Translations under genes and position numbers: made by a program
Notes under the pieces: model-generated
Told to the model about the DNA's origin: nothing
What the model saw: the letters and a program-made list of their open reading frames with translations, nothing else
Database searches by the model: none
From: Escherichia coli
GTDB taxonomy: Bacteria > Pseudomonadota > Gammaproteobacteria > Enterobacterales > Enterobacteriaceae
Assembly (NCBI RefSeq): GCF_003019035.1
Contig: NZ_CP027447.1
Length of the DNA stretch: 64,000 nucleotides
Direction: 5' to 3' (one strand)
Part shown: positions 50,054 to 62,206 of the stretch, one piece after another
Numbering within the stretch: position 1 is the stretch's first letter
How the letters are laid out: each line of letters begins with the position of its first letter

Positions 50054-50113
50054 TTAATCCCGATATTGAACATTGAGTTAAAAAACCAATCTGTATTTTA
50101 CAAGGAGTTTGTT

Positions 50114-51475
50114 ATGTCTTTTGATTTAATCATTAAAAACGGCACCGTTATTTTAGAAAACGAAGCTCGCGTTGTAGATATCGCCGTTAAAGGCGGAAAA
50201 ATTGCTGCTATCGGTCAGGATCTGGGCGATGCAAAAGAAGTTATGGATGCGTCTGGTCTGGTGGTTTCGCCAGGCATGGTTGATGCGCACACCCATATTT
50301 CTGAACCGGGTCGCAGCCACTGGGAAGGTTATGAAACCGGTACTCGCGCAGCGGCAAAAGGTGGTATCACCACCATGATCGAAATGCCGCTCAACCAGCT
50401 GCCTGCAACGGTTGACCGCGCATCGATTGAACTGAAGTTTGATGCCGCCAAAGGCAAGCTGACTATCGATGCGGCGCAACTCGGTGGCCTGGTGTCTTAC
50501 AACATCGACCGTCTGCATGAGCTGGATGAAGTGGGCGTTGTCGGCTTCAAATGCTTCGTTGCGACCTGTGGCGATCGCGGTATCGACAACGACTTCCGTG
50601 ACGTCAATGACTGGCAGTTCTTCAAAGGTGCGCAGAAGCTGGGCGAACTGGGACAGCCGGTGCTGGTGCACTGCGAAAACGCGCTGATCTGCGACGAACT
50701 TGGCGAAGAAGCGAAGCGTGAAGGCCGCGTAACCGCACATGACTATGTGGCTTCGCGTCCGGTATTTACCGAAGTGGAAGCGATTCGCCGCGTGCTGTAC
50801 CTGGCGAAAGTTGCCGGTTGCCGTCTGCACGTTTGCCATATCAGCAGCCCGGAAGGCGTTGAAGAAGTGACTCGTGCACGTCAGGAAGGTCAGGACGTTA
50901 CTTGTGAATCCTGCCCGCATTACTTTGTGCTGGATACCGATCAGTTCGAAGAAATCGGTACTCTGGCGAAGTGTTCACCGCCGATCCGCGATCTGGAAAA
51001 CCAGAAAGGCATGTGGGAAAAACTGTTTAACGGTGAAATAGACTGCCTGGTTTCCGACCACTCTCCATGCCCGCCGGAAATGAAAGCCGGTAACATCATG
51101 AAAGCGTGGGGCGGTATCGCTGGTCTGCAAAGCTGCATGGACGTGATGTTCGATGAAGCGGTACAGAAACGCGGAATGTCTCTGCCAATGTTCGGTAAAT
51201 TAATGGCGACTAACGCAGCAGATATTTTCGGTCTGCAGCAAAAAGGCCGTATCGCCCCAGGAAAAGATGCCGACTTCGTCTTCATTCAGCCGAATAGCAG
51301 CTATGTTCTTACCAATGACGATCTGGAATATCGCCACAAAGTCAGCCCGTATGTTGGCCGTACTATTGGCGCGCGTATCACGAAAACCATCTTACGTGGT
51401 GATGTGATTTACGACATCGAACAGGGCTTCCCTGTTGCGCCGAAAGGTCAATTTATCCTTAAACATCAGCAGTAA
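50114..51475 (+). CDS. allB: Allantoinase
   Basis: 453 aa from [10 protein letters not shown] with GGAG ribosome-binding site; amidohydrolase motifs (DAHTH); the track start at 50066 is rejected. Confidence 0.88.
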   Translation: MSFDLIIKNGTVILENEARVVDIAVKGGKIAAIGQDLGDAKEVMDASGLVVSPGMVDAHTHISEPGRSHWEGYETGTRAAAKGGITTMIEMPLNQLPATVDRASIELKFDAAKGKLTIDAAQLGGLVSYNIDRLHELDEVGVVGFKCFVATCGDRGIDNDFRDVNDWQFFKGAQKLGELGQPVLVHCENALICDELGEEAKREGRVTAHDYVASRPVFTEVEAIRRVLYLAKVAGCRLHVCHISSPEGVEEVTRARQEGQDVTCESCPHYFVLDTDQFEEIGTLAKCSPPIRDLENQKGMWEKLFNGEIDCLVSDHSPCPPEMKAGNIMKAWGGIAGLQSCMDVMFDEAVQKRGMSLPMFGKLMATNAADIFGLQQKGRIAPGKDADFVFIQPNSSYVLTNDDLEYRHKVSPYVGRTIGARITKTILRGDVIYDIEQGFPVAPKGQFILKHQQ

Positions 51476-51531
51476 TCTGGCCCCTGCAATGCCCGTCCTT
51501 GCGGCGGGCATTCTCCGGTTAAGGTGTGTTT

Positions 51532-52833
51532 ATGTTCAATTTTGCAGTCAGCCGCGAAAGCCTGTTATCAGGATTTCAGTGGTTTTTCTTTATTTTTTGC
51601 AACACGGTTGTGGTTCCTCCTACGCTACTTTCTGCTTTTCAGTTGCCGCAAAGTAGCCTGCTTACGCTCACGCAATATGCTTTTCTTGCTACCGCACTGG
51701 CCTGCTTCGCTCAGGCGTTCTGCGGTCATCGTCGCGCTATTATGGAAGGGCCGGGTGGCCTGTGGTGGGGAACCATCCTTACTATCACCCTTGGCGAAGC
51801 ATCGCGCGGGACACCGATCAACGATATCGCTACCAGCCTGGCGGTGGGAATTGCGCTCTCTGGCGTGCTGACGATGTTGATTGGTTTTAGCGGATTAGGT
51901 CATCGTCTGGCGCGGTTATTTACGCCGTCGGTGATGGTCTTGTTTATGTTGATGCTGGGCGCGCAGCTGACCACTATCTTTTTCAAAGGTATGCTCGGGC
52001 TGCCGTTTGGCATAGCCGACCCGAATTTTAAAATTCAGTTACCGCCGTTCGCGCTCTCGGTGGCGGTGATGTGCCTGGTACTGGCGATGATTATCTTCCT
52101 GCCGCAACGTTTTGCCCGTTATGGCCTGCTGGTCGGTACGATAACCGGCTGGTTGTTGTGGTACTTTTGCTTTCCTTCTTCGCATTCGCTCTCCGGTGAG
52201 TTGCACTGGCAGTGGTTCCCGCTCGGCAGTGGCGGTGCTTTGTCGCCGGGGATTATTCTGACGGCGGTGATTACAGGTCTGGTAAATATCAGCAATACCT
52301 ACGGTGCGATTCGTGGCACGGATGTTTTTTATCCGCAACAGGGCGCGGGGAATACGCGTTATCGTCGCAGCTTTGTGGCGACCGGATTTATGACGGTGAT
52401 AACCGTGCCGCTGGCGGTAATTCCATTTTCACCGTTTGTTTCATCCATTGGTTTATTAACCCAGACTGGCGATTACACGCGGCGTTCGTTTATTTATGGC
52501 AGCGTTATTTGCCTGCTGGTGGCACTGGTTCCGGTACTCACGCGACTGTTTTGCAGTATCCCTTTACCCGTGAGTAGCGCGGTCATGCTGGTTTCTTATC
52601 TGCCTTTACTCTTTTCCGCGCTGGTGTTTAGCCAGCAAATAACGTTTACCGCTCGCAATATTTATCGACTCGCATTGCCGTTATTTGTCGGCATATTTTT
52701 AATGGCATTACCGCCTGTGTATCTGCAAGACCTTCCATTAACGCTTCGTCCTCTGCTCAGTAACGGCTTACTGGTCGGAATTTTACTGGCTGTTCTTATG
52801 GATAATCTTATTCCGTGGGAACGCATCGAATAA
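51532..52833 (+). CDS. ybbY: Putative purine/uracil permease (NCS2 family)
   Basis: Polytopic membrane protein; ATG at 51532 is preferred over GTG at 51526 on ribosome-binding-site spacing. Confidence 0.8.
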   Translation: MFNFAVSRESLLSGFQWFFFIFCNTVVVPPTLLSAFQLPQSSLLTLTQYAFLATALACFAQAFCGHRRAIMEGPGGLWWGTILTITLGEASRGTPINDIATSLAVGIALSGVLTMLIGFSGLGHRLARLFTPSVMVLFMLMLGAQLTTIFFKGMLGLPFGIADPNFKIQLPPFALSVAVMCLVLAMIIFLPQRFARYGLLVGTITGWLLWYFCFPSSHSLSGELHWQWFPLGSGGALSPGIILTAVITGLVNISNTYGAIRGTDVFYPQQGAGNTRYRRSFVATGFMTVITVPLAVIPFSPFVSSIGLLTQTGDYTRRSFIYGSVICLLVALVPVLTRLFCSIPLPVSSAVMLVSYLPLLFSALVFSQQITFTARNIYRLALPLFVGIFLMALPPVYLQDLPLTLRPLLSNGLLVGILLAVLMDNLIPWERIE

Positions 52834-52854
52834 TTTGTTGAAAAAGGATTGATA

Positions 52855-54000
52855 ATGAAGATTGTCATTGCGCCAGACTCGTTTAAAGAGAGCTTAAGTG
52901 CAGAAAAATGTTGTCAGGCAATTAAAGCCGGGTTTTCGACCCTCTTTCCCGATGCGCACTATATCTGTTTGCCGATCGCGGATGGCGGCGAAGGGACGGT
53001 GGAGGCGATGGTCGCCGCGACGGGCGGCAAAATCGTGACACTTGAAGTCTGTGGACCGATGGGCGAAAAAGTGAATGCTTTTTATGGCCTTACCGGCGAC
53101 GGGAAAACGGCAGTGATTGAGATGGCGGCAGCAAGTGGCCTGATGCTGGTCGCGCCTGAAAAGCGTAATCCGTTGCTGGCCTCCAGTTTGGGTACGGGGG
53201 AGTTAATTCTCCATGCGCTGGATAACGGCATTCGCCATATTATTCTCGGCATTGGCGGCAGTGCGACGGTCGACGGCGGTATGGGCATGGCGCAGGCGCT
53301 CGGTGTGCGTTTCCTTGATGCTGACGGTCAGGTGCTGGCGGCTAACGGCGGCAATTTAGCGCGCGTGGCAAGCATTGAGATGGATGAATGCGATCCGCGT
53401 CTGGCGAACTGCCATATTGAAGTAGCATGTGATGTTGATAACCCGCTGGTAGGGGCACGCGGCGCGGCGGCGGTGTTTGGTCCGCAAAAAGGGGCAACGC
53501 CGGAAATGGTCGAAGAGCTGGAACAGGGGCTGCAAAATTACGCCCGTGTTTTACAACAGCAAACTGAAATCAACGTCTGTCAGATGGCGGGCGGCGGCGC
53601 TGCAGGCGGTATGGGTATTGCGGCGGCGGTATTCCTCAATGCGGATATTAAACCGGGTATTGAGATTGTACTGCGGGCGGTCAACCTGGAGCAGGCGGTG
53701 CAGGGTGCAGCGCTGGTGATCACCGGGGAAGGGCGCATCGATTCGCAAACGGCAGGTGGTAAAGCGCCGCTGGGCGTGGCGTCGGTGGCGAAGCAGTTTA
53801 ATGTCCCGGTGATTGGGATTGCTGGCGTATTGGGTGATGGCGTGGAAGTGGTGCACCAGTACGGCATTGACGCGGTGTTCAGCATTTTGCCACGTCTGGC
53901 ACCTTTAGCCGAAGTGCTCGCCAGCGGTGAAACCAATCTCTTCAACAGCGCACGAAATATTGCCTGCGCCATTAAAATAGGTCAGGGAATTAAAAACTGA
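52855..54000 (+). CDS. glxK: Glycerate kinase
   Basis: 381 aa from [14 protein letters not shown]; the track used a TTG two codons upstream. Confidence 0.88.
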   Translation: MKIVIAPDSFKESLSAEKCCQAIKAGFSTLFPDAHYICLPIADGGEGTVEAMVAATGGKIVTLEVCGPMGEKVNAFYGLTGDGKTAVIEMAAASGLMLVAPEKRNPLLASSLGTGELILHALDNGIRHIILGIGGSATVDGGMGMAQALGVRFLDADGQVLAANGGNLARVASIEMDECDPRLANCHIEVACDVDNPLVGARGAAAVFGPQKGATPEMVEELEQGLQNYARVLQQQTEINVCQMAGGGAAGGMGIAAAVFLNADIKPGIEIVLRAVNLEQAVQGAALVITGEGRIDSQTAGGKAPLGVASVAKQFNVPVIGIAGVLGDGVEVVHQYGIDAVFSILPRLAPLAEVLASGETNLFNSARNIACAIKIGQGIKN

Positions 54001-54014
54001 CTATTACCTTTAAA

Positions 54015-54046
54015 GCGGATGCGATTTATATCGCATCCGTTTTTTA
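54015..54046 (+). terminator. Rho-independent terminator after glxK
   Basis: gcggatgcgat ttat atcgcatccg followed by ttttt. Confidence 0.65.
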
Positions 54047-54060
54047 CCTGAATTTACCGC

Positions 54061-54087
54061 AAAAAAAGCCACGGAATAAACCGTGGC
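54061..54087 (-). terminator. Rho-independent terminator after allE
   Basis: On the minus strand: gccacgg tttatt ccgtggc followed by ttttttt. Confidence 0.6.
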
Positions 54088-54129
54088 AAAATCCAACATA
54101 GCTAAAAATAATCAGGCGAGTGGTATGAC

Positions 54130-54915
54130 TTAAATCTCTACGTCGCGGTTGCAATCTTTCGAGTAAATATAGCTGAACGCTTCACCACGCCCTACGCCAT
54201 AACCAGCCTGTAAAGAATAAGCGCCCATAAAGATGTAATCGCCTTTTTTCACCGGGATCCAGTTATTGTCGAGGTTATAAACCCCCTGACCGGAAAGAAT
54301 ATAGGCACCGTGTTCCTGGACGTGAGTTTCGATATAACCGTGGCTGGCACCTGGCGCAAAAGAGAGGATATGCATGTTCATATCAAAACCTAACTCTTTG
54401 GGCAGAAAATCCAGCAGAATAACATCGTCCATGCCTTCATAATGAATGCGTTCCAGTTCGCTGGCATTGCCAGAAACCAGCCACGGCGCATGACCTTCTA
54501 CCGGAATATAGCGACGCTTATATAAAAAGATTTGGCTGTCTTCGGCCTGGACGTTAACAAACGTCATTAAGGAGCCTGGCGGGCAATAAAGATAGCCACC
54601 TTCGCTTAAGGCAAATGTTTTCCCTTCGGCTTTGGCAGTGATATTTCCAGAGATCACATACAGGAACGTTTCAATGCCTTCGCCACCGAAGCCCTGTTGG
54701 TTGCCGCCGTTTTGATGCAGTGTGACCAGATAATCAACAAAAGAGGCACCCAGTTTTGGCGTGGAGAGGATTGTCGCGTCACAATTTTCAAAGCCCGGAA
54801 TAATATTTTTTACCAGGCCGTCCGGGGTTAACAGCGCGAAATTACCGTGTTTCACAATCGCACGGTTAGCCAGTAAATCATCGCGGTAACCGGTGACGTT
54901 ATTTAAATATCCCAT
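54130..54915 (-). CDS. allE: (S)-ureidoglycine aminohydrolase (cupin)
   Basis: 261 aa; synteny with allC and allD (ylbA in K-12). Confidence 0.85.
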   Translation of the reverse strand: MGYLNNVTGYRDDLLANRAIVKHGNFALLTPDGLVKNIIPGFENCDATILSTPKLGASFVDYLVTLHQNGGNQQGFGGEGIETFLYVISGNITAKAEGKTFALSEGGYLYCPPGSLMTFVNVQAEDSQIFLYKRRYIPVEGHAPWLVSGNASELERIHYEGMDDVILLDFLPKELGFDMNMHILSFAPGASHGYIETHVQEHGAYILSGQGVYNLDNNWIPVKKGDYIFMGAYSLQAGYGVGRGEAFSYIYSKDCNRDVEI

Positions 54916-54925
54916 TTATGACTCC

Positions 54926-56161
54926 TTATTTCTGCCAGGCAAGTTGATAAAGCATGAGTGCCAACGTTTTGACCCCTTCGGCAAGGTCGGTAATATTGGT
55001 GCGTTCCGCCGGGTTATGGCTGATCCCGTTGATGCTGGGAATGAAAATCATGCAGGTCGGTACGCGAGGCGCGAAAATTTGCGCGTCGTGCCCGGCACCA
55101 CTGTGCATTACCCGGTAGTTCTGTTTTTCACTTTCACACAATTCTGTCAGGGTGGCGACCAGCTCCTTATTCATCGGCACGGGTTCTTCGTCCATCCATA
55201 AATCGATATCAATACCAATATCCATTTCATCGCAAATCGCCCGCATGTCGTTTTCTAACTGTTGGGTGAAATTGCGCAGCACGGCGGCGTCGGTATGACG
55301 ACAATCAATGGTGAACGTGGTTTTCCCCGGCACCACATTTACCGTATTCGGGCGCGGCTCTACTTTGCCAAAAGTCAGCACCAGCGGGTCGCCCATCTTT
55401 TTCGCTTTTTCGACAGACTGATGGCAAATGCGACTGAAAGCGTAAACCGTATCACGACGATAACCCATCGGCGTGGTGCCTGCATGGTTTGATTCGCCGT
55501 TCAGCGTTACCGTGTAGCGGCGTTGCCCGACAATCGCATTCACCACGCCAATTGACTGCTCATTACTTTCCAGCACACAGCCCTGTTCGATATGCAGTTC
55601 GACAAAGGCTTTAATATCCTGACGCGGAGTTAGTGGGGCGTTCGGCAGAGTAAATCCGCAAGCCTTCATCGCATCGACAAAATTATTTCCTTTGGCATCA
55701 CAGATATTCCGCACGTCGTCAGGATTCGCCAGCCCAAAGATATTTTTACTGCCCCAGAAGACATACGGGAAGCGGCTGCCTTCTTCTTCCGCCATCGCCA
55801 CCACTTCGACCGTACGTAACGGCGCGCCGTATTGCGTTTTCAGCCAGTCAATTGCCAGCCACGCCGCCAGCGCACCGAATTGCCCGTCGAGGTTACCGCC
55901 ATTAACCACGGTATCAATATGCGAACCGCTCAGAATCACTTCCTGAGGGTATTCGCTGCCGTTCAGGCGGCCGTATAAATTCCCCACTTCATCGAAACGT
56001 GTTTCCAGCCCAGTTGCTGCCATTCTTTTTTTAAATTGCTGCTGGGTTTCCAGCCATTCCGGCGAATAAAGTAAACGGGTCATCCCACCCGTTAGGTCAG
56101 CGCCAAAAGAGGAAAGCCAGGGCAGCGTTTCTTCTATGGCTTGACGAAAATGTGTAATCAT
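54926..56161 (-). CDS. allC: Allantoate amidohydrolase (M20 peptidase family)
   Basis: 411 aa from MITHFRQAIEE; the track ORF is six codons longer. Confidence 0.85.
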   Translation of the reverse strand: MITHFRQAIEETLPWLSSFGADLTGGMTRLLYSPEWLETQQQFKKRMAATGLETRFDEVGNLYGRLNGSEYPQEVILSGSHIDTVVNGGNLDGQFGALAAWLAIDWLKTQYGAPLRTVEVVAMAEEEGSRFPYVFWGSKNIFGLANPDDVRNICDAKGNNFVDAMKACGFTLPNAPLTPRQDIKAFVELHIEQGCVLESNEQSIGVVNAIVGQRRYTVTLNGESNHAGTTPMGYRRDTVYAFSRICHQSVEKAKKMGDPLVLTFGKVEPRPNTVNVVPGKTTFTIDCRHTDAAVLRNFTQQLENDMRAICDEMDIGIDIDLWMDEEPVPMNKELVATLTELCESEKQNYRVMHSGAGHDAQIFAPRVPTCMIFIPSINGISHNPAERTNITDLAEGVKTLALMLYQLAWQK

Positions 56162-56182
56162 AAGAAAGTCCTGTCTCAATAA

Positions 56183-57232
56183 TTATTGCGCAAAGGGATT
56201 TTTCGTTTCGTATGACGTGTTATAAAGCGCGTCGGAAATTAAATACTGGTAAATATCATCAACAATTTCGATGCCTTCGACGGCGGCTTTGCGTTGTTTA
56301 ATATCCTGATCCTGTCCGGGATAATAAACCTGATTAAAACCGGGCGCGGGGGTTATGGCATTTAATTCGCGCATGGTCTGGCTAAGATGTTGACGGAATA
56401 ATTCGCTGGAGGAGAAAAAGTTCGGATTAATAACGATATGTAATTGCCCCAAATTACGCCCGGCGTGTAAATCGTCATACATCGAACTAACCTGTCGCCC
56501 GAACGGTAAGCCGAGTAAGACGCCTGAGAGGACGTCAATCATCATCATCAGGCCATACCCTTTCGGCCCAGCGGCAGGGAGCAGGGCGTTAACTGCAAAT
56601 GGATCGGTTGTTGGTGCTCCGTTTTTATCGACCGCCCAGGTATCGGGTATAGACATATTGCGCGAGCGGGCGTCGAGCACTTTTCCCCATGCCTGTACGG
56701 TCGTCGCCATATCAAAGGTAAGGATCTCGTCGCCTTCTCCCGGCGCGGCAAAGGCCAGTGGGTTAGTACCGTAGTAAATTTCCGCGCCGCCAAACGGCAC
56801 CACCATTGGATCGGACTGGCACATCGAAATGCCAATTAACCCGGCGCGAGCTGCCTGCTGTACAAAATAAGAGATTGCGCCGCTGTGACCCATCCGGCTG
56901 ATACCGACCACCGCAACGCCATTTTGCTGGGCGGTTTTGATGGCATGTTCCATACCCATTTTCGCCGCGACCTGTCCGGCGGCATTGTCGGCATGTAAAA
57001 TTGCCGAGCACGGTCCGGTTTCTTCAAGACGAAACTCTGGTTCGCGGTTGGTGCCGCCTTTTGAAATACGTTCGGCGTAGTATTCCACGCGCACCGCGCC
57101 ATGAGAGTGGATCCCTCTGGCATCGGCGTAAACCAATACTTCAGCCACGGTTGCAGCGTGCTCACGTTTTAACCCAGCCTGGCAGAGTTTATTCTCAATT
57201 AGCTGGTGGAGTGTTTCCCGACTGATTTTCAT
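56183..57232 (-). CDS. allD: Ureidoglycolate dehydrogenase
   Basis: 349 aa; synteny. Confidence 0.85.
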   Translation of the reverse strand: MKISRETLHQLIENKLCQAGLKREHAATVAEVLVYADARGIHSHGAVRVEYYAERISKGGTNREPEFRLEETGPCSAILHADNAAGQVAAKMGMEHAIKTAQQNGVAVVGISRMGHSGAISYFVQQAARAGLIGISMCQSDPMVVPFGGAEIYYGTNPLAFAAPGEGDEILTFDMATTVQAWGKVLDARSRNMSIPDTWAVDKNGAPTTDPFAVNALLPAAGPKGYGLMMMIDVLSGVLLGLPFGRQVSSMYDDLHAGRNLGQLHIVINPNFFSSSELFRQHLSQTMRELNAITPAPGFNQVYYPGQDQDIKQRKAAVEGIEIVDDIYQYLISDALYNTSYETKNPFAQ

Positions 57233-57549
57233 CTGTCTTCCTTTTTAACGACGGTGTGAAGCATGACTGCAATTAACATACAGGGAAAATATCTGGATTA
57301 TGTGATCCAGACAGGCAAAAAAATATAGTTAGAATTTATTTGATAATCTTCGCGCTTTTAACCTGGTTATTTAAAATAACCATGCTTATTAAAAAATAAC
57401 GCGTAATAGCCTGGCGGTTATTTAAATTCTTTTGTTAATAATCCCTGTGTGATATTCATCACCTTATTTACTCGTTGTCATCGATACCGTAATCGCCACA
57501 TTAACACTGCTCGTGCAATTGCCATGGGTGCAATTTTTAAGGAGTTGTT

Positions 57550-59217
57550 ATGATCCACGCCTTTATTAAAAAAGGGTGTTTTCAGGATTCGGTCAGTTTA
57601 ATGATTATTTCACGAAAACTCAGCGAATCAGAAAATGTTGATGATGTTTCCGTAATGATGGGTACGCCCGCCAATAAAGCGTTATTAGATACCACAGGTT
57701 TCTGGCATGACGATTTTAATAACGCCACGCCGAACGATATTTGCGTGGCAATTCGTAGCGAAGCGGCGGATGCGGGGATCGCGCAGGCGGTTATGCAGCA
57801 GCTTGAAGAGGCGCTAAAACAACTGGCGCAGGGTTCAGGCAGCAGCCAGGCGTTGACGCAGGTGCGTCGCTGGGACAGTGCCTGTCAGAAATTACCCGAT
57901 GCCAGTCTGGCGCTGATTTCAGTGGCTGGTGAGTATGCGGCGGAGCTGGCGAACCAGGCGCTGGATCGCAACCTCAACGTGATGATGTTCTCCGATAACG
58001 TCACGCTGGAAGATGAAATCCAACTTAAAACCCGCGCGCGGGGAAAAGGCTTGCTGGTGATGGGGCCAGACTGCGGTACATCGATGATTGCCGCCACGCC
58101 GCTGGCTTTTGCTAACGTGATGCCGGAAGGCAACATTGGCGTCATTGGCGCTTCCGGTACCGGGATTCAGGAGCTGTGCTCACAGATTGCGCTGGCAGGG
58201 GAGGGAATTACTCACGCGATTGGCCTTGGCGGGCGTGACCTCAGCCGTGAAGTGGGCGGCATCAGTGCGCTGACGGCGCTGGAAATGCTCAGTGCAGACG
58301 AGAAAAGCGAAGTGCTGGCATTTGTTTCAAAACCACCTGCCGAAGCTGTGCGTCTGAAAATTGTTAATGCCATGAAAGCAACTGGCAAACCGACGGTGGC
58401 GCTGTTTTTAGGTTATACCCCGGCGGTGGCCCGCGACGAGAATGTCTGGTTTGCCTCCTCGCTGGATGAGGCCGCACGCCTGGCTTGTCTGCTTTCACGC
58501 GTCACTGCGCGACGTAACGCGATAGCGCCTGTCAGCAGCGGATTTATTTGCGGTTTGTATACCGGCGGTACGCTGGCTGCTGAAGCGGCGGGATTACTTG
58601 CCGGACACCTTGGCGTGGAAGCCGACGATACCCATCAACATGGCATGATGCTGGACGCCGACGGACATCAGATCCTCGACCTGGGCGATGATTTTTACAC
58701 CGTCGGGCGTCCCCATCCGATGATCGACCCGACCTTACGCAACCTGTTAATTGCCGATCTCGGCGCTAAACCGCAAGTGCGCGTGTTGCTGCTTGATGTG
58801 GTGATTGGCTTCGGTGCGACCGCCGATCCTGCCGCCTCGCTGGTGAGCGCCTGGCAAAAAGCCTGTGCCGCGCGTTCAGACAATCAACCACTGTATGCCA
58901 TTGCCACGGTGACAGGCACTGAACGTGACCCGCAATGCCGCTCGCAGCAAATCGCCACGTTGGAAGATGCGGGGATCGCGGTAGTGAGTTCGCTACCGGA
59001 AGCCACCTTGCTGGCGGCGGCGTTAATTCATCCGCTCTCGCCTGCCACACAGCAACACACACCGTCATTACTGGAAAACGTCGCCGTGATTAACATCGGA
59101 TTACGCAGCTTTGCGCTGGAGCTACAAAGCGCCAGCAAACCGGTTGTGCATTATCAATGGTCGCCAGTCGCCGGCGGCAATAAAAAACTGGCTCGTTTAT
59201 TAGAACGTTTGCAATAA
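57550..59217 (+). CDS. fdrA: FdrA (CoA-ligase-like domain protein)
   Basis: 555 aa; synteny allD / fdrA-ylbE-ylbF-arcC. Confidence 0.82.
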   Translation: MIHAFIKKGCFQDSVSLMIISRKLSESENVDDVSVMMGTPANKALLDTTGFWHDDFNNATPNDICVAIRSEAADAGIAQAVMQQLEEALKQLAQGSGSSQALTQVRRWDSACQKLPDASLALISVAGEYAAELANQALDRNLNVMMFSDNVTLEDEIQLKTRARGKGLLVMGPDCGTSMIAATPLAFANVMPEGNIGVIGASGTGIQELCSQIALAGEGITHAIGLGGRDLSREVGGISALTALEMLSADEKSEVLAFVSKPPAEAVRLKIVNAMKATGKPTVALFLGYTPAVARDENVWFASSLDEAARLACLLSRVTARRNAIAPVSSGFICGLYTGGTLAAEAAGLLAGHLGVEADDTHQHGMMLDADGHQILDLGDDFYTVGRPHPMIDPTLRNLLIADLGAKPQVRVLLLDVVIGFGATADPAASLVSAWQKACAARSDNQPLYAIATVTGTERDPQCRSQQIATLEDAGIAVVSSLPEATLLAAALIHPLSPATQQHTPSLLENVAVINIGLRSFALELQSASKPVVHYQWSPVAGGNKKLARLLERLQ

Positions 59218-59226
59218 GGGGTTCCC

Positions 59227-60486
59227 ATGTTTACATCAGTGGCGCAAGCCAATGCTGCGGTTATCGAACAAATTCGTCGCGCTCGTCCACACTGGCTGGA
59301 TGTGCAACCGGCTTCTTCACTTATCAGCGAACTAAACAAGGGCAAAACACTGCTTCACGCCGGGCCGCCAATGCGCTGGCAGGAGATGACCGGACCCATG
59401 AAAGGGGCGTGCGTGGGCGCATGTCTGTTCGAAGGCTGGGCGAAAGATGAAGCGCAGGCGCTGGCGATGCTGGAGCAGGGGGAAGTGAACTTCATTCCTT
59501 GTCACCATGTGAATGCCGTCGGGCCAATGGGTGGCATTACTTCTGCCAGTATGCCGATGCTGGTGGTCGAGAACGTGACCGACGGCAACCGGGCCTACTG
59601 CAACCTCAACGAAGGTATCGGCAAAGTGATGCGTTTTGGCGCTTACGGCGAAGATGTCCTGACTCGCCATCGCTGGATGCGCGATGTGTTAATGCCAGTA
59701 TTAAGCGCGGCGCTGGGGCGCATGGAGCGCGGTATCGATCTCACGGCAATGATGGCGCAGGGCATTACCATGGGCGATGAGTTCCATCAACGCAACATTG
59801 CTTCCTCTGCACTGTTAATGCGTGCGCTGGCCCCACAAATTGCTCGCCTCGATCATGATAAACAGCACATCGCGGAAGTGATGGATTTCCTCAGCGTGAC
59901 CGATCAGTTCTTCCTCAACCTCGCGATGGCTTACTGCAAGGCGGCGATGGATGCAGGCGCGATGATCCGCGCAGGCAGCATCGTCACGGCTATGACCCGC
60001 AACGGCAATATGTTCGGGATTCGGGTAAGCGGGCTGGGTGAACGCTGGTTTACTGCGCCTGTAAACACTCCGCAAGGTCTGTTTTTCACCGGCTTCTCGC
60101 AGGAGCAGGCGAACCCGGATATGGGCGATAGCGCGATTACCGAAACCTTTGGTATCGGTGGTGCGGCAATGATCGCAGCCCCTGGCGTAACACGCTTTGT
60201 CGGTGCGGGTGGCATGGAAGCGGCCAGAGCGGTATCTGAAGAGATGGCGGAAATCTTCCTTGAACGCAATATGCAGTTGCAGATCCCCGGCTGGGATTTC
60301 CAGGGCGCGTGTCTGGGGCTGGATATTCGTCGCGTGGTAGAAACCGGCATTACACCACTCATCAATACGGGTATCGCCCATAAAGAGGCGGGGATCGGGC
60401 AGATTGGCGCAGGCACTGTGCGTGCACCGTTGGCCTGCTTTGAACAGGCGCTGGAAGCACTGGCTGAAAGCATGGGGATTGGTTGA
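59227..60486 (+). CDS. ylbE: DUF1116 family protein, intact
   Basis: 419-aa uninterrupted ORF; synteny. Confidence 0.8.
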   Translation: MFTSVAQANAAVIEQIRRARPHWLDVQPASSLISELNKGKTLLHAGPPMRWQEMTGPMKGACVGACLFEGWAKDEAQALAMLEQGEVNFIPCHHVNAVGPMGGITSASMPMLVVENVTDGNRAYCNLNEGIGKVMRFGAYGEDVLTRHRWMRDVLMPVLSAALGRMERGIDLTAMMAQGITMGDEFHQRNIASSALLMRALAPQIARLDHDKQHIAEVMDFLSVTDQFFLNLAMAYCKAAMDAGAMIRAGSIVTAMTRNGNMFGIRVSGLGERWFTAPVNTPQGLFFTGFSQEQANPDMGDSAITETFGIGGAAMIAAPGVTRFVGAGGMEAARAVSEEMAEIFLERNMQLQIPGWDFQGACLGLDIRRVVETGITPLINTGIAHKEAGIGQIGAGTVRAPLACFEQALEALAESMGIG

Positions 60487-60496
60487 GGAACGCGCA

Positions 60497-61312
60497 ATGA
60501 CGATCATCCATCCTCTGCTTGCCAGTAGTAGCGCACCGAATTATCGCCAGTCCTGGCGGTTAGCGGGAGTGTGGCGGCGGGCGATTAACCTGATGACGGA
60601 AAGCGGCGAACTGTTAACGCTGCATCGTCAGGGGAGTGGTTTCGGCCCCGGAGGATGGGTGCTTCGCCGCGCGCAATTCGATGCGTTATGCGGTGGATTA
60701 TGCGGCAATGAACGACCACAGGTTGTGGCTCAAGGGATTCGCCTCGGGCGTTTCACGGTTAAACAGCCACAGCGTTATTGTTTGCTGCGTATTACGCCGC
60801 CTTCGCATCCTCAACCGCTTGCAGCTGCATGGATGCAACGCGCGGAGGAAACCGGACTTTTCGGACCACTGGCGATGGCGGCAAGCGATCCGCTGCCCGC
60901 TGAATTACGCCAGTTTCGTCACTGTTTTCAGGCCGCGCTCAATGGCGTTAAGACCGACTGGCGGCACTGGCTGGGTAAAGGCCCCGGATTAACGCCAAGT
61001 CATGATGACACGCTGAGCGGAATGCTGCTGGCGGCCTGGTATTATGGCGCTTTAGATACGCGCTCCGGTCGCCCGTTTTTTGCCTGTTCCGACAATCTTC
61101 AACTCGTTACCACAGCGGTGAGCGTCAGTTATTTACGTTATGCCGCGCAAGGATATTTCGCCTCGCCACTCCTGCACTTTGTCCATGCTCTGAGTTGCCC
61201 GAAACGTACCGCTGTTGCGATTGATTCGCTGCTGGCGCTGGGGCATACGTCAGGGGCAGATACGCTGCTGGGGTTCTGGCTTGGTCAACAATTATTACAA
61301 GGAAAACCATGA
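60497..61312 (+). CDS. ylbF: Putative anaerobic allantoin-pathway protein
   Basis: 271 aa from [10 protein letters not shown]; the track ORF extends upstream into ylbE and is rejected. Confidence 0.78.
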   Translation: MTIIHPLLASSSAPNYRQSWRLAGVWRRAINLMTESGELLTLHRQGSGFGPGGWVLRRAQFDALCGGLCGNERPQVVAQGIRLGRFTVKQPQRYCLLRITPPSHPQPLAAAWMQRAEETGLFGPLAMAASDPLPAELRQFRHCFQAALNGVKTDWRHWLGKGPGLTPSHDDTLSGMLLAAWYYGALDTRSGRPFFACSDNLQLVTTAVSVSYLRYAAQGYFASPLLHFVHALSCPKRTAVAIDSLLALGHTSGADTLLGFWLGQQLLQGKP

Positions 61313-62202
61313 AAACACTGGTTGTAGCTCTTGGGGGCAATGCCTTGCTTCAGCGCGGTGAGGCGCTGACGGCAGAAAATCAATATCGCAATATCGCCAG
61401 CGCTGTACCCGCACTGGCGCGCCTGGCCCGTTCTTATCGGCTGGCGATTGTTCACGGCAACGGGCCACAGGTGGGGCTGTTGGCGTTACAGAATCTGGCG
61501 TGGAAAGAGGTAGAACCGTATCCGCTGGATGTACTGGTGGCGGAAAGTCAGGGGATGATTGGCTATATGCTGGCGCAGAGCTTGAGCGCACAGCCGCAGA
61601 TGCCGCCTGTGACGACGGTGCTGACGCGCATTGAAGTTTCGCCTGATGATCCGGCGTTTTTGCAGCCAGAGAAGTTTATCGGTCCGGTTTATCAGCCAGA
61701 AGAACAAGAGGCACTGGAAGCGGCTTACGGCTGGCAGATGAAACGTGATGGTAAATATTTGCGCCGGGTGGTGGCGTCTCCGCAACCGCGTAATATTCTC
61801 GACAGCGAAGCCATCGAGTTGTTGCTCAAAGAGGGGCATGTGGTGATTTGCAGTGGCGGCGGCGGTGTGCCTGTGACGGATGACGGAGTAGGGAGTGAAG
61901 CAGTGATTGATAAAGATCTCGCCGCTGCGTTGCTCGCCGAGCAGATTAATGCCGATGGACTGGTGATCCTCACCGATGCTGATGCGGTATATGAAAACTG
62001 GGGAACGCCGCAGCAACGTGCCATTCGCCATGCCACACCGGATGAGTTAGCGCCACTTGCCAAAGCCGATGGTTCGATGGGGCCGAAGGTAACGGCAGTG
62101 AGTGGCTATGTCAGAAGCCGTGGTAAACCCGCGTGGATTGGGGCGTTATCGCGAATTGAAGAGACGCTGGCGGGCGAAGCGGGGACCTGTATTTCGCTGT
62201 AG
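61309..62202 (+). CDS. arcC: Carbamate kinase-like protein
   Basis: 297 aa amino-acid-kinase fold ([14 protein letters not shown]...); 4-nt overlap with ylbF (ybcF in K-12). Confidence 0.82.
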   Translation: MKTLVVALGGNALLQRGEALTAENQYRNIASAVPALARLARSYRLAIVHGNGPQVGLLALQNLAWKEVEPYPLDVLVAESQGMIGYMLAQSLSAQPQMPPVTTVLTRIEVSPDDPAFLQPEKFIGPVYQPEEQEALEAAYGWQMKRDGKYLRRVVASPQPRNILDSEAIELLLKEGHVVICSGGGGVPVTDDGVGSEAVIDKDLAAALLAEQINADGLVILTDADAVYENWGTPQQRAIRHATPDELAPLAKADGSMGPKVTAVSGYVRSRGKPAWIGALSRIEETLAGEAGTCISL

Positions 62203-62206
62203 TTGT

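Noticed and set aside
51526..51531. GTG start for ybbY two codons upstream of the ATG
   Set aside because: The only purine-rich ribosome-binding site (aagg, 51521-51524) is too close to the GTG and well spaced for ATG 51532.
60404..60496. N-terminal extension of ylbF overlapping the end of ylbE
   Set aside because: An 83-nt overlap with the upstream gene is unlikely; ATG at 60497 follows ylbE closely.
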